A stretch of 62,745 bases of DNA from Croceibacterium sp. (GCA_035494275.1 DATJHD010000334.1:1-62745), one strand, 5' to 3'. Numbered from the stretch's first letter, positions 38,155 through 49,007 are shown. The notes: generated by a model not told the origin, from the sequence alone. Translations and numbers: made by a program.

Positions 38155-39899
38155 TGACGCAACGGTTTCTCGCGATCGTCAGCCGCGGCGAGCCCGACAG
38201 CGATTTCGGCAAGCGGATCGCGTCCCGGCTGCTCAAGCTGCAACCACCCCTGGAGGTCAGCATCACCAGGCGAACCACGATCGCAACGAGCGGCATGCCC
38301 GTTCGCAATTTCCCCGGTGGGGCAATCTTCGGTTCCCTGTTCGATCGCCATCATCCGCAGCCGGTCGAGATCCTTGGGGATGTCGAAACTGGACGGATCG
38401 TCGCCTCGCGCGGGCAGCGCCTGATCGACCGATATTGGGGCGACTACATCGCCATTCTTGAAGCTGACGAGTTCGAAACCATCATCGTCCGCGCGCCGTT
38501 CGGCGAATTGCCCAGCTACTATCTTGTCTCGGGCCCGACGTGCGCGATTGCCTCCGATGTCGCCCTCCTCACCGATGCGCAGCTTCTGCGCCCGAGCCTC
38601 GCTGTCGGAGCGCTGGTCAGGGAATTGGCCTGGAAGGACCTGCGGGGCCCTGAAACTTGCCTCGCTGGCGTCGCGGAATTGCTCGGCGGCGATTGCCTGA
38701 CGATCACGAGCGGGAACTCCCGAATCAACACCCTCTGGTCGCCATGGAACATCTCCCCGTCGGAGGAACAGGCGTCGGTCGATGAACTGGCCGATCGGGT
38801 CCGGCGTCAGGTGCTCGCCTGCGTCAACGCGCGGGCCGCCTCGTTCGATCGCGTGCTGCTGCTCCTGTCAGGCGGCCTCGACTCGTCGATCGTCGCGGCG
38901 AGTCTCGCCAAGGGTCGCATCCCTTTCGACCTGGTGACGATGACGACGCGCGATTCGCTCGGCGACGAGCGCGACTACGCCAGGATGATGGCCGCGGCCC
39001 TCAAGCGTCCGCTCCATGAAGCGCGGCGTGAGGTCGCGCGCATCGATCCCGAGCGGTCTCCGGCCGCGCGCCTGCCCCGTCCGGCCGGCCGCTTATTCGA
39101 ACAGGACACCGGCCAGATCGCCGCCGAGGTCGCCGCACAATCCGGCGCTCGGGCGCTCGTCACCGGGGGCGGCGGCGACAACGTTTTCTGCTCGGTGCAA
39201 TCGGCCGCGCCGGTCGCCGACCGGCTGTTGACCGAGGGACCGGGACGGGGGGCTTTCGAGACCGCCTGCGCTGTCGGCCGTGTCGCACGGGCGAGCGTGC
39301 CGGCGGTGCTTTACGCTGCTCTCGGCCGCCTACCGGCCCGGAGGCGGCGGAGTCCGGCGGCCCCGGACCTGAGCTTCCTCACCGATGATGCTCGCGAGGC
39401 GATCGGCCCTGTGCCGCATCCCTGGCTGGCAACTCCGGCAGGCGCGCGCCCCGGGCAGGCAGCGCATATCAAGCTGCTCGCCGTGGCAGAGAGCTTCATG
39501 CGCGGGTTCGATCCGCAAGTCGAACTGCCGATGATCGTGCCGCTGCTCAGCCAACCGCTCGTCGAAACCTGCCTGTCGATCCCCAGTTGGAAGTGGTTCT
39601 CGGGCAGCACCAACCGGGCGATCGCCCGCCAGGCCTTCTCGCAAGAGCTGCCGCCGACGATCGCCTGGCGCCGTTCGAAAGGGACACCCGACAGCTTCGT
39701 TGCCGAAATCTATGAACGGTACCAGCCGGTCTTTCGTGAGCAATTGCTAGGCGGCCTGCTGGCGAGCGAGCGCCTGATCGAGGCGGATGCGGTCGGGCAG
39801 GCATTTTCGCGTGCCGGCGTGCTCGCGCCAAAGGACTATCTCCGTCTCATGCGCCTGGCCGAAGTCGAATGCTGGGCACGCGGCTGGGCTGGCCGCTAG
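38154..39899 (+). CDS. Lasso cyclase C (asparagine synthetase-like)
   Basis: LSGGLDSS, TGGGGDNVF, PLLSQPLVE, NRAIARQAF, RRSKG. Confidence 0.93.
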   Translation: MTQRFLAIVSRGEPDSDFGKRIASRLLKLQPPLEVSITRRTTIATSGMPVRNFPGGAIFGSLFDRHHPQPVEILGDVETGRIVASRGQRLIDRYWGDYIAILEADEFETIIVRAPFGELPSYYLVSGPTCAIASDVALLTDAQLLRPSLAVGALVRELAWKDLRGPETCLAGVAELLGGDCLTITSGNSRINTLWSPWNISPSEEQASVDELADRVRRQVLACVNARAASFDRVLLLLSGGLDSSIVAASLAKGRIPFDLVTMTTRDSLGDERDYARMMAAALKRPLHEARREVARIDPERSPAARLPRPAGRLFEQDTGQIAAEVAAQSGARALVTGGGGDNVFCSVQSAAPVADRLLTEGPGRGAFETACAVGRVARASVPAVLYAALGRLPARRRRSPAAPDLSFLTDDAREAIGPVPHPWLATPAGARPGQAAHIKLLAVAESFMRGFDPQVELPMIVPLLSQPLVETCLSIPSWKWFSGSTNRAIARQAFSQELPPTIAWRRSKGTPDSFVAEIYERYQPVFREQLLGGLLASERLIEADAVGQAFSRAGVLAPKDYLRLMRLAEVECWARGWAGR

Positions 39900-39909
39900 G
39901 TCTGCCGGT

Positions 39910-42030
39910 CTACGGTACCAGCTTGTGACGGTCCGAGCGCAGCGCCTCCCATCTTTTGTACTGCTCCGCCTTGGCGGGATCGGGATCCTCGCGTCCCTGC
40001 AGCCAGAACGCGAACCAGTCGAGATTGCGCTCGTAAACCGCGCGGCGATGCGCCGGCTGCCATTTGAAGTGAAACTCGCCAGGGAACACGTACATCTCGA
40101 CCGGCTGGCCCTGCTCCCTCAGCGCGCTGAACGTCTCCAGCGCATAAACCATTTCGGAATCGGAGATCTGCATGAGCAGCGGGCGATCGAGGCGTGGGGC
40201 GTTGAGGGCAAGCGAATAGGGCCGCCAAAAATCGGGATCAGGCCGGGTGAGCGGGGGATAGCCCCAGCCCCGCGCCTGGTCGGCGTAGGCCAGACCGGCA
40301 TAGGCCATCGACGTCCCGGCATCGACGCAGCAACTGCTGATCGACGCCGCCGCGAAGACTTGAGAGTTGATCATCGCGAATATGGCGGTCGAAGCCCCGT
40401 CGCTGAGGCCCGTGATGCCGATCCGCTTGGGATCGGCGACGCCGCGGTCGACGACCTTCGCAACGCCAGTGAGGAGCGACGACAAGAGGCTGCGCCGTTC
40501 GGCCCAGTCCTTGTTGTTGGCGGCGTTGAACGCATCCCAGCTCTCGATGCCGGGAACGCTCTCGGCAAAGAACGCCGGCCGCTCGAGGCTCAGCACGGCA
40601 AAGCCGCGCGTGGCAAAGGCGAAGATCGGATACTCGTTGCCGGTCCCACCGCGCAGGAAGCCGTCGCTGTGATATTGCACGACAATCAGCGGCAGGCGGG
40701 TGCCGGGCCGGTAATCAGGCGGCAGGACCAGATCACCCCACGCTTCAAGCCCGCGATCGTTGCGCCAGCGAAGCCGCTCGACCTTGCCGAGCGCGATCCC
40801 CGCAAATTCCGGATTGGGATCGAACAGGCGGCGCACCGTGCCGTCGGCGGGATCGACCGTCACGAGGTGGCGCGGCTCGCGCGAGGTCTCTCGCAAGCAA
40901 ACGAGTTGCCCGCCTGCCGGCAGGCATCCGAGGAGCACGTCGGTCGTCTTGAGGATCGCCTTGGGTGCGCTGCGACCGGGCGTCCAGCTATAAAGCACGG
41001 TCAGTTCCTTGTCCCAGCCTTCGCGGCGCATGAAGCGCACCTTCCGGCCGCGCGCGTCCCACCAGACGCCGAAAATCCCGTCGCTGCACGCTGGCGCGTC
41101 GCACGCAAGGCGCATGCCCCTGCCCGTTTCGGCGAACAGCCGCACCGGGCTTTTCGGCCGCTTGTCGCGCGCCTCGACCCAGGCTCGGCGACCGTCGCGG
41201 GTCACGGCCAGCGTAGCCTCGTCGCTCTGCGTCGCAGCCTTTATCGCCGCAGTCTCGCCGCCCCTGAGCGGCAGGGCCGCGCCCGTCGCCGTGGCCACCG
41301 CGGACGTCGCGAGCGGCAAGCCGACCGGAAGTTGCGGGCGGGCCCCCATGTTGGGCATGATCCGCTTGTCGTAGAGCCAGCCGCCTTGCCCTTCCCGGTC
41401 GACTGCCGCTTGGACCTTCACCGCCGTGGGCCGGGTCGTGAACACGAGTTTCGATCCGTCTCCGGCGAACGCGAAGTCCTCGACACTCGTGCCGGCGGGA
41501 CTGACCGCAAGCGCGGCGCCGCCGCTCGCCGGCACGCGCCAGAGGCGGGTAGTGCCGTCCTTGCGCCGCAGAAACGCGATCCAATGGCCGTCAGGTGACC
41601 AGCGCGGTGTCGGCGCAGTGACATATCCGATCGGGACGACGGAGCCGCGCAACGGCTCCTCGTTGATGATCAGATCGCCCGTATCGGCGAGCCATCGCGT
41701 CGGAGCCGATCCGTCGACCGGCATGACGAACAGGCCCTCGCAGTAGGCGTTGCTCTCGGGCTCGGCGCGAGAGAGCACGAACGCGACCTCGCGCCCGTCG
41801 GGCGAGACGGCGAGCGGTGTCGGATCGCGGTAAGTCGAGGCGTCGGGCTCGCCGATGTCGCGCAGGCGCAAGAGATCATCGGCTGTGACGGGGCGCGGGG
41901 CTCCCGGCACGGCCGCCTCCGCCGGGAGCAGGTCCTCGCAGGCCGCGCGGGCGGAGCCCGGCCGCAGCACGACGAGAAGTCCGAGCGCCAGGGCGGCGGT
42001 GCCGATCGCCGCACGCGGCCAGCGCGTCAC
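39910..42030 (-). CDS. Lasso peptide isopeptidase (AtxE2-like, prolyl oligopeptidase S9)
   Basis: Signal peptide, SPDG propeller repeats, GFLRGGTGNEYP, GITGLSDG nucleophile, H.KWQPAHR; GTG overlaps receptor stop. Confidence 0.92.
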   Translation of the reverse strand: MTRWPRAAIGTAALALGLLVVLRPGSARAACEDLLPAEAAVPGAPRPVTADDLLRLRDIGEPDASTYRDPTPLAVSPDGREVAFVLSRAEPESNAYCEGLFVMPVDGSAPTRWLADTGDLIINEEPLRGSVVPIGYVTAPTPRWSPDGHWIAFLRRKDGTTRLWRVPASGGAALAVSPAGTSVEDFAFAGDGSKLVFTTRPTAVKVQAAVDREGQGGWLYDKRIMPNMGARPQLPVGLPLATSAVATATGAALPLRGGETAAIKAATQSDEATLAVTRDGRRAWVEARDKRPKSPVRLFAETGRGMRLACDAPACSDGIFGVWWDARGRKVRFMRREGWDKELTVLYSWTPGRSAPKAILKTTDVLLGCLPAGGQLVCLRETSREPRHLVTVDPADGTVRRLFDPNPEFAGIALGKVERLRWRNDRGLEAWGDLVLPPDYRPGTRLPLIVVQYHSDGFLRGGTGNEYPIFAFATRGFAVLSLERPAFFAESVPGIESWDAFNAANNKDWAERRSLLSSLLTGVAKVVDRGVADPKRIGITGLSDGASTAIFAMINSQVFAAASISSCCVDAGTSMAYAGLAYADQARGWGYPPLTRPDPDFWRPYSLALNAPRLDRPLLMQISDSEMVYALETFSALREQGQPVEMYVFPGEFHFKWQPAHRRAVYERNLDWFAFWLQGREDPDPAKAEQYKRWEALRSDRHKLVP

Positions 42031-44600
42031 CACGAGCTGGCGATCCCGAAGGCAATCACGCGGCCGACCGGTGAGTAATTGGTCGAATCGTAGGCCGTGT
42101 CGAAGTAAAAGTTGGTCGCGATCCGGTCCGGGGGCTCGTTGAACGCGTTGAGCAGCGAGAGGGTCAGGTCGAGCCCGTGCACCGGACCGCTTGCGGGCGC
42201 CAGATGATAGCGCGCGGTAAGATCGACCGTGGTCATCCCGCGGACGCGGACGGTCGGGACAGCTCGCGTGTCGTCGACCCCGCCGATGTAGCCGATCGAG
42301 CCGTTGAGCGTGAGCGGGCCTCCCGACCAGGTCAGGCTGGCTCGTCCGCGCCAAGCGGGCGGCGTGAACAGCAGGCCCGAGCGCGGCAGCACCGGTTGCC
42401 CCGGCCCGAGTTGCTGGCGAATCCGCAGGTAGCTGGCATCAAGGCTAGTGGTCAGCTGGCCCTCGCCGAGGGCGACGCCGTACTCGGCGAGGACGTCGAT
42501 CCCGTGGATCGTCTGAAGGGCGGCGTTGCGATTGCGGTTATCGACGATGGCGACGACGTTGGCCGGGTCGACCGGCGCGCCGGAGCTGTTGGCGAACTGC
42601 GGCGCGGACGCGATGGCGGCCGCCGCCTGCGCCGGGTCCTGGACGAACGTAACCAGGCCGGCATAGGCCGGATTGCTGAGCGACTGCGCGGTGAGCGCGA
42701 TCGGCGTGACGATGCGGTCGGCGTAGCGAGTCTGGAAATAGCTGGCCTGCAGCCGGGCTCCCTCGAGCCAGCGCGGATGGAGGTCGACACCGGCCGTCCA
42801 GGTGCGGGCACGCTCGGGCGTGACGTCGGGATTGCCGCCGGACACCAGCAGCGCGGTCGATCCAGCGGGGTATCCCGTGCCGCCGAGCCGTTTGACCGGA
42901 TAGAGCGAAGCCGCCGCGACCTGGTGCTGCTGGGCCAGGGTGGGCGCCCGAAACGATCGGCCCCAGCTGCCCTTGAAGTCGATCCCCTCCAGCGGCGCAT
43001 AGATCAGCCCCAGCTTGGGCGTGGCGACACTGCCGACTCCCGGATAGCGCTCGTAGCGCAACGCCGCGCTGAGGTTGAGGCGATAGACGCCGCGCAGCGC
43101 GGTCGCCGGCGAGACCAGCGGCAAGTTCAGCTCGCCATAGCCATAATAGCTGTCCTGCTTGCCGCGGATGTCGGGGATGGTCGGCGGCCCATAGTCGCCG
43201 TCGAGCACGTTGCGACGATAGCCGAGGCCGACAGCGAGCCGCGCCGGTCCACCGGCGAGTTCGAACAGGGGTCCGTCGGCGGCGAGCTCGAGCGATTCGC
43301 CGCTGTTATGGTAGGTCAGCGGAGTCTGGCGATAGATCGTGGTGCCGTCGAAATTCTTGGCCACGGTGTGAAGTCGCTCATTGCCGTAGACCCCCGAGAG
43401 GTCGGCCTGCCATCCGCCCGGAAGTGCGAGCGCGAACGAGGGCGCGACGGCGAGCGACCGGCTGGTGCTCGGCTGCTCGGTGTGGCTCACCGAGAGATCA
43501 CCCGCATCGTTGTCGGGAAATTCGAGCATCGTCTGGCGCCGGTTGAACAGCGCGTCGACCTTGAAGGTCAGGTTGTCGGCCAGGTCCTGGTGCCCGGTGA
43601 CCACCGCGGCGTGACGTTCGAGCGGAGGATAGATGATTAGACCCGGCTGCAGGCGGGTGAACGCGCGTTCGTCCGAGAAGATCGCGCCGCTGCGGGCAAA
43701 TTCATAGGATACCATGAACCCGCCGCCGCTCCACCGGGCGCCGGCGGTGGCGCCGTAGCGCTGGCGGGAATAGCCGCCGCGCGTCGCGAAACCTCCCTCG
43801 GCCTCGAGGCGAAATCCATCGTAGTCGGACTTGAGAATGACGTTGGCGACGCCGGCGACCGCGTCGGAGCCGTACAGCGCCGACGCGCCGTCGGGGACGA
43901 TCTCGATCCGGTCGACCGCGGCCAGCGGGATCGCCGAGACGTCGATCGCCTGGCGCGCCCCGTTGTAGGCCAGCCGGTGGCCGTTGAGGAGCGTGAGGGT
44001 CGCGTCGCTACCAAGACCGCGCAAATTGATCGTCACGGCCCCGCCCATGTCGATTCCGTTCGCGCTGCCGACATTGATGTTGACACCGAAATTGGCGCCG
44101 CCGCCGAAAGCTTGCGGCAGGCTGCGGACAACATCGAGCATGCTGGTTTGCCCGGCATCGCGCATTTGCTGCTGGTCGAGCCGGATGACCGGAGAGGCTA
44201 CCGGTGCGCCGCGGATGCGGCTGCCGGTAACGACGATCTGGCCGCCACTGCGTTCGCTTTCGGCAATGCCGGGGGTTGCCGATGCCTGTTCGATCACCAG
44301 GCCGGTTCCGACGGGCCTCGCCCGCAGACCGGAGCCGGCAAGCAGGATCTCGATCGCTGCCTCCGGCGTGTAGTCGCCGTCGAGAATGGGCGCGGTTCGC
44401 CCGGCGACGAGGTCGGCCGGCGCGACGACGCTAACGCCCGACGCCTTGCTCACGGCGCTCAACGACTCCGCGAGCGGCTGGGCCGGAAGATGATAGGTTG
44501 CCTCGCCGGCCCGACGCGCGCAGGCGGGCGCGGTGGCGATGACAAGAGCCAGAGTGGCGGAACAGGTGGCGGCTCTTACGGCCCGTCGCAAAGATCTCAT
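42027..44600 (-). CDS. TonB-dependent receptor with N-terminal signalling (STN) extension
   Basis: LPAQPL..SL STN-like segment, IVVTGSRI TonB box, NLRGLG, GASALYGSDAVAGV plug, terminal Trp. Confidence 0.93.
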   Translation of the reverse strand: MRSLRRAVRAATCSATLALVIATAPACARRAGEATYHLPAQPLAESLSAVSKASGVSVVAPADLVAGRTAPILDGDYTPEAAIEILLAGSGLRARPVGTGLVIEQASATPGIAESERSGGQIVVTGSRIRGAPVASPVIRLDQQQMRDAGQTSMLDVVRSLPQAFGGGANFGVNINVGSANGIDMGGAVTINLRGLGSDATLTLLNGHRLAYNGARQAIDVSAIPLAAVDRIEIVPDGASALYGSDAVAGVANVILKSDYDGFRLEAEGGFATRGGYSRQRYGATAGARWSGGGFMVSYEFARSGAIFSDERAFTRLQPGLIIYPPLERHAAVVTGHQDLADNLTFKVDALFNRRQTMLEFPDNDAGDLSVSHTEQPSTSRSLAVAPSFALALPGGWQADLSGVYGNERLHTVAKNFDGTTIYRQTPLTYHNSGESLELAADGPLFELAGGPARLAVGLGYRRNVLDGDYGPPTIPDIRGKQDSYYGYGELNLPLVSPATALRGVYRLNLSAALRYERYPGVGSVATPKLGLIYAPLEGIDFKGSWGRSFRAPTLAQQHQVAAASLYPVKRLGGTGYPAGSTALLVSGGNPDVTPERARTWTAGVDLHPRWLEGARLQASYFQTRYADRIVTPIALTAQSLSNPAYAGLVTFVQDPAQAAAAIASAPQFANSSGAPVDPANVVAIVDNRNRNAALQTIHGIDVLAEYGVALGEGQLTTSLDASYLRIRQQLGPGQPVLPRSGLLFTPPAWRGRASLTWSGGPLTLNGSIGYIGGVDDTRAVPTVRVRGMTTVDLTARYHLAPASGPVHGLDLTLSLLNAFNEPPDRIATNFYFDTAYDSTNYSPVGRVIAFGIASSW

Positions 44601-44666
44601 GGGCAACTCCCGTGGCGACGCTCGGGAGCGGCGTCGCTCTGGGGGCTTTGACAACGCGGGGACGGT

Positions 44667-45692
44667 TTACCCTGGGATTTTTTCGTCCGACGCGGGCCGG
44701 GAGCGCGGTTGCGCCAGCACGAGCGTGCCGCCCTCCCCTCGCGAAAGCTGGAGACCGAAGCTGGCGGCGACAAGTCTGGCGAGCTGCTCCCCGTCGGCGG
44801 GGTCGAACGTTCCGGTGAAGCGCAGCTTCGCCAGCGCCGGATCGGCAAGGACGATCCTGGCGCCGCCGGAGCGGTTGACCACGGCGATCACCTGGTCGAG
44901 GGATGCGTCCTCGAACGAGACCATGCCGTTCGACCGGTCGTTTTCGTTGCCTATGGCGCGCGTCGCCGCCTGGATCTCGCCGGGCTGGACGATCACCTGC
45001 TGCCCCGGCGTCAGCAGTCGCGGCCCCGCGGACTTGCCCGCCACCGCCATCGGCCGCACCTCGACCGAACCCTCGATCAATGACACCGAGGCACGCCGGC
45101 CGTCGAAGGCGACGTCGAACACCGTGCCGTGGGCGATGACCAGGCCGACGGGCGTCGCGACCACGAACGGCCGCGCCTCGTTATGGGCAACGGCAAACCT
45201 TGCCCGCCCGCGCAGCAGCTCGACGCGGCGCTCGCTGGCCGAATAGGCCGCCCGCACCGCACTGGCGGAATTGAGAGTGATGCGGCTGCCGTCGACAAGC
45301 TCGAGCGTGCGAACCTCGCCCGTGCCGCTGGCGAACTCGCCCGACCGGACCGACGCGGGCGTCCCCAGGCGCGTGCCGTAGGCGCCGAAGGCCAGGAGAG
45401 CGATGACGATCGCCGCCGCGACCGCGGCGATCGCGTAGCGGCAACGGTGGATGCCTCCTGGTCGCGGACGCGAGCGCGCCTGGCCGGCCGGCGCGTGCTT
45501 CGCCAGGACGACCGCTTCCCAGGTCCGCAGGACCCCGTCGTAGGCTTCGGCGTGTTCCGGGGCGGCATCGTACCAGGCCTCGAAGGCGGCGTGATCCTCG
45601 GGTGTCGACGGCCCGCGCAGCCGGGCGAGCCACGCCGCGGCTTCCTCGCGCAGGCCCTCGTCCCGCCGGGAATCGGTCCCGTTAGCCGTCAT
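44667..45692 (-). CDS. FecR-family anti-sigma/sensor
   Basis: EEAAAWLARL..FEAW, TM helix, L-x-DGSRITLN, G-x-A-x-F-x-VAH..RPF.V, GTVFDV. Confidence 0.92.
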   Translation of the reverse strand: MTANGTDSRRDEGLREEAAAWLARLRGPSTPEDHAAFEAWYDAAPEHAEAYDGVLRTWEAVVLAKHAPAGQARSRPRPGGIHRCRYAIAAVAAAIVIALLAFGAYGTRLGTPASVRSGEFASGTGEVRTLELVDGSRITLNSASAVRAAYSASERRVELLRGRARFAVAHNEARPFVVATPVGLVIAHGTVFDVAFDGRRASVSLIEGSVEVRPMAVAGKSAGPRLLTPGQQVIVQPGEIQAATRAIGNENDRSNGMVSFEDASLDQVIAVVNRSGGARIVLADPALAKLRFTGTFDPADGEQLARLVAASFGLQLSRGEGGTLVLAQPRSRPASDEKIPG

Positions 45693-46342
45693 CGGCGCCC
45701 CCTCAGCAGCCGGTCGAGATGAGCGATTGCCTTGCTCATGTGCCACTCGACGCCCTTTAGGCTCAAGCCGGTCTGCATGGCGATATCCTTGTAGCTCATC
45801 CCGTCGAGCCGATGCGCGAGAAAGATGTCGCGCGTCTTCGGGGCGAGACTGTCGAGCGCCCGTTGCACCCGCTGGAGCTGGTCGCGCGCCTCGAGCGCGG
45901 CCACCGGATCGTTGCCGGCGAGCGGCACGTCGTCGGCGGGGATGTGCGCCGCGAGCGAACGCCGGAGCGCGATCTTGGCGCGATTGCGCACGAGGTTGGT
46001 GGCGATCCGGCTGAGATAGGCCTCGGGCCGGTCGATTTCGCCGGCCTGCCGGGCGCGTGCGTCAGCGAGCCGCGTGAAGCTTTCCTGGACGAGGTCGCTC
46101 GCCTCGTCGCGCTGGCCGCGGCGGGCGAAAAACCGGAGCAAGCGCGGGGCATGAGCGCGATAGAACTCGCCGAGCGCCATCGGCTCAGAAAGGAGGATAC
46201 GATCCTCCGGCGGCAGGGGCTCGTCACTCCCGAGACGCGGCGAGGGAAGCGCGGGTCCGGCGCCCAGCTGCACTGGCTCGCCAGGCGAGAAATCGCCGCC
46301 CTCCTCCCGGCGCGTTGCCATCCTGTCGACCGGTCCTTCCAT
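45689..46342 (-). CDS. FecI-like ECF sigma factor
   Basis: DLVQESF, YLSRIATNL, IFLAHRLDGMSYKDIA..G; start uncertain (46342, 46321 or later). Confidence 0.9.
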   Translation of the reverse strand: MEGPVDRMATRREEGGDFSPGEPVQLGAGPALPSPRLGSDEPLPPEDRILLSEPMALGEFYRAHAPRLLRFFARRGQRDEASDLVQESFTRLADARARQAGEIDRPEAYLSRIATNLVRNRAKIALRRSLAAHIPADDVPLAGNDPVAALEARDQLQRVQRALDSLAPKTRDIFLAHRLDGMSYKDIAMQTGLSLKGVEWHMSKAIAHLDRLLRGRR

Positions 46343-46693
46343 GCTCCGCTCGCTTGCCGTGCGAGGCGCAGCCGGCGACGAGCCGGGTGTTGAGAACATG
46401 CTTGAGTCATGCGCCGACACCTTTGGCCGCGAACGGCTTGGACATGCGTGTCGGCCACCCGGCCGCACTGATGACGGGTCGATCATCAAGCGAGGTTCTC
46501 ACGCCTCGGCGCCGCCCGATGACGGCGCACGGGTAGATTAATCGACTGTCACGGATACGCAACAGGCTCGTGATGGGTGCCGTTCTCGAGGCGCCCCCCT
46601 TGAAAGCCCACGAAAAGGCAGGCCGTGCCCGGGCCGCCTTCCTGGAGCAACGCGGCCTACCGGTTCAGCTTCGGGCGGTTGATCCAGCCCGCG

Positions 46694-46931
46694 TCAGGCT
46701 TCCCGCCATCGCCACGATGTCACCGCGCTGCTGGCGACTGGCGCGCGAGTGGCCCATCCGCGACCCCATCGAGAGACGAGCGCAGCATGAACGGACGCCT
46801 GAGCGACGACGGCCCGGGTTTCACCGCAGGCGGCGCGATGGATGCCGGCCCGGCCCGCCGGCGCCTGATGCCAATCGCGCGCGGTCACGACGGTGAGCTT
46901 GGCCGGGCTCGAGCTTCAGGCCCTTCATCAT
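46694..46931 (-). pseudogene. Degenerate DUF2274-like gene after trbI
   Basis: MMKGLKLE, then in another frame PAKLTV...DWHQA...IHRAACGE; resembles the LKL..PVKLT..DLHxAL..Y...YG gene usually found after trbI. Confidence 0.4.
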
Positions 46932-48129
46932 CGTCTGCTCGATCGTCCGGCGGGGCCAGGACGAGATCGCGATGGACGACGAGCCGTACCGGTGTTCCCG
47001 GCCGGATGGTGATCGTCGGGTGGACCGAAAGGTTGCGGGAGATTAGCTGGTCGCCTGCCCGCGAGGTGTTCTGCTGGGCGGACTCCCGCAGCGCCTCGAC
47101 GAGATCGCTTTCGCCGCTGAAGGTGAGATTGGCGCCAACGCCGAGCAGCGTCGACAAGGCGGCTCCCTTGAGCAGCGTCCAGGTGTGAAAGTCGACCTTG
47201 TCCTCGAGGCCGGCGTAGCCGCCCGCGTCGGTCGCCGGCACGTTGTCGAGGCGCAGCGAGCGGCCGTCGGGGAAGATGATCCGCTGCCACACGATGAGCG
47301 CGCGGCGCTGACCGAACGCGACAACGCTGTCGTACTGGCCGATCAGGCGCGCGCCCTGGGGAATGAGCAGCAGGCGGCCGGTCGGACTGTCGTAGACCCG
47401 CTCCGTCACCTGGGCGATGACCAGCCCCGGCAGGTCCGAGCGCAGCCCGGTGACGAGGCTCGCCGCTATGACGCTGCCGGCCGAAAGCAAATAGGGCGAC
47501 GGCGCTGGCTCGATGCGGTGCGGATCAACATCGGCGCCCGGATCGGGGGTCGCGACAAATCGCTCCTTTTCGGTTTGTGCGGTCCGCCCGGCCTGGGCTT
47601 CCGGTCCCGGCTGTTGCGGCGCGGACGCCGGTTCGCGGGCTAGGGCAGGCGTGGCGGATGAATGCGCCATCAGGGCGGATTGGCGGGCCTGGCGCAATTC
47701 GTCGGCGATGCGCTGGCGCTCGGCCTCGGCCGCCTCGCGTTGCGGGTCGGCGAGCGCTGCTCGATCGGAGGCATCGAGCGACCGCTCGCGCGCGAGGATC
47801 GGCCGCCCGAGGTCGCCGGGAAGCGGCGGCCCGAGCTGCGGGGCCTCGGCATAGGACGAGGGAAGCGCGCCTAGCGCGTCGGCGCTCCCATTCGCGGGCT
47901 CGGAAGCGTCATCGCGCTGGGCGACGATCTCAAAGGTCCGCGGCTTGAGCGCCAGCCAGGCGGCGGCGCCGACGATGCTCACGCCCAGCGCCGCAAGCGT
48001 GACGATGACGCCGCGCCTGAAGCGCACGACCCGCCCGGGACGGCCGCGCAGGACGAGGGTGTGCGGCGCGACCTTTGACGGCAGGCTCGCCGGGTCCGGC
48101 GCCGCATCGGCCTCGGGCAGCTCGCTCAC
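46885..48129 (-). CDS. trbI: Conjugal transfer protein TrbI (VirB10)
   Basis: LGPPLPGDLG, AGSVIAASLVTGLRSDLPG, IPQGARLIG.YDS, PTITIRPG; GTG overlaps trbG stop. Confidence 0.93.
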   Translation of the reverse strand: MSELPEADAAPDPASLPSKVAPHTLVLRGRPGRVVRFRRGVIVTLAALGVSIVGAAAWLALKPRTFEIVAQRDDASEPANGSADALGALPSSYAEAPQLGPPLPGDLGRPILARERSLDASDRAALADPQREAAEAERQRIADELRQARQSALMAHSSATPALAREPASAPQQPGPEAQAGRTAQTEKERFVATPDPGADVDPHRIEPAPSPYLLSAGSVIAASLVTGLRSDLPGLVIAQVTERVYDSPTGRLLLIPQGARLIGQYDSVVAFGQRRALIVWQRIIFPDGRSLRLDNVPATDAGGYAGLEDKVDFHTWTLLKGAALSTLLGVGANLTFSGESDLVEALRESAQQNTSRAGDQLISRNLSVHPTITIRPGTPVRLVVHRDLVLAPPDDRADDDEGPEARARPSSPS

Positions 48130-49007
48130 GACGCCCTCCGCCGATTCGATCGGGCTTCGCCGGCAGGACCCCGTGTGATCCGCACGACAGTCTGCTTGTC
48201 GGCGCCGAGCCTGAGTTCGGCCGCGCTGAACAGGCGGTCGACGATATAGTAGCGGCCTTGCACGCGGTAGTTGACGAGGCTGGCCGTTCGCTTGTCGTCG
48301 ATGAGGAACAGCGGCGGCGCCTCGCCGACGGCCAGCGACGCAGGAAATTCGATGTAGGTGCGTTGCCCGTCGTCGAATGCGCGCAAGGGCCGCCAGGCCG
48401 GGCGGTCGCCCGAGATTTGATAGCCGAAGTCGAGTTTCTCGAGCGAAAGGCCGCTGGCGACGGGCGCCGCCGCCTCGGCTGCGGCCTGCGCGCGGCGGAT
48501 CGCCAGCAGCGCCTCCTCGGGATAGTTCCACGATAGCGCCGCCATCGCCGATCCCGGCGAGCTGGTCAGCGCGAGATGATAGGTGCGCCGATCCGTGGTG
48601 ATCACGAGGTTCGTCGCCAGGCCCGCCGCGATCGGCTTGACCAGCACATGAACCTGCCTGTCGGCGCCGGAACCGCTGGTCGTATCGCCGATCACCCAGC
48701 GCACCGTGTCGCCGCTCGCCACCGCGACGAGCCCCTCGCCCCGCTCGAGGGCGATGTCGCTCACCCGCTCGGGCGCCGCGTAGAGACGATAGACCGCGTT
48801 GTCGCTGAAGGGGTAGACCGCGCCGGCGTTGACGAAGGCGTCGGGCACCGGTTCGATCGTGGCGGCGCGATTGGCGGCGCGCACCGCATCGGCGTGAGCG
48901 GGCGTCCGGGAACGTTGTCCGCTGCTGCTCGAGGCGGCGGCGGGCATGGCTAGAGAGGCGGCGAGCAGCAGCGCCGTCAGCGCGCGAGGTGAAGACAGAT
49001 AGCTCAC
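48126..49007 (-). CDS. trbG: Conjugal transfer protein TrbG (VirB9)
   Basis: DIALERGE, GDTVRW, NLVITTDRRTY, AFDDG, PPLF, VNYR, AELRLG. Confidence 0.95.
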   Translation of the reverse strand: MSYLSSPRALTALLLAASLAMPAAASSSSGQRSRTPAHADAVRAANRAATIEPVPDAFVNAGAVYPFSDNAVYRLYAAPERVSDIALERGEGLVAVASGDTVRWVIGDTTSGSGADRQVHVLVKPIAAGLATNLVITTDRRTYHLALTSSPGSAMAALSWNYPEEALLAIRRAQAAAEAAAPVASGLSLEKLDFGYQISGDRPAWRPLRAFDDGQRTYIEFPASLAVGEAPPLFLIDDKRTASLVNYRVQGRYYIVDRLFSAAELRLGADKQTVVRITRGPAGEARSNRRRAS

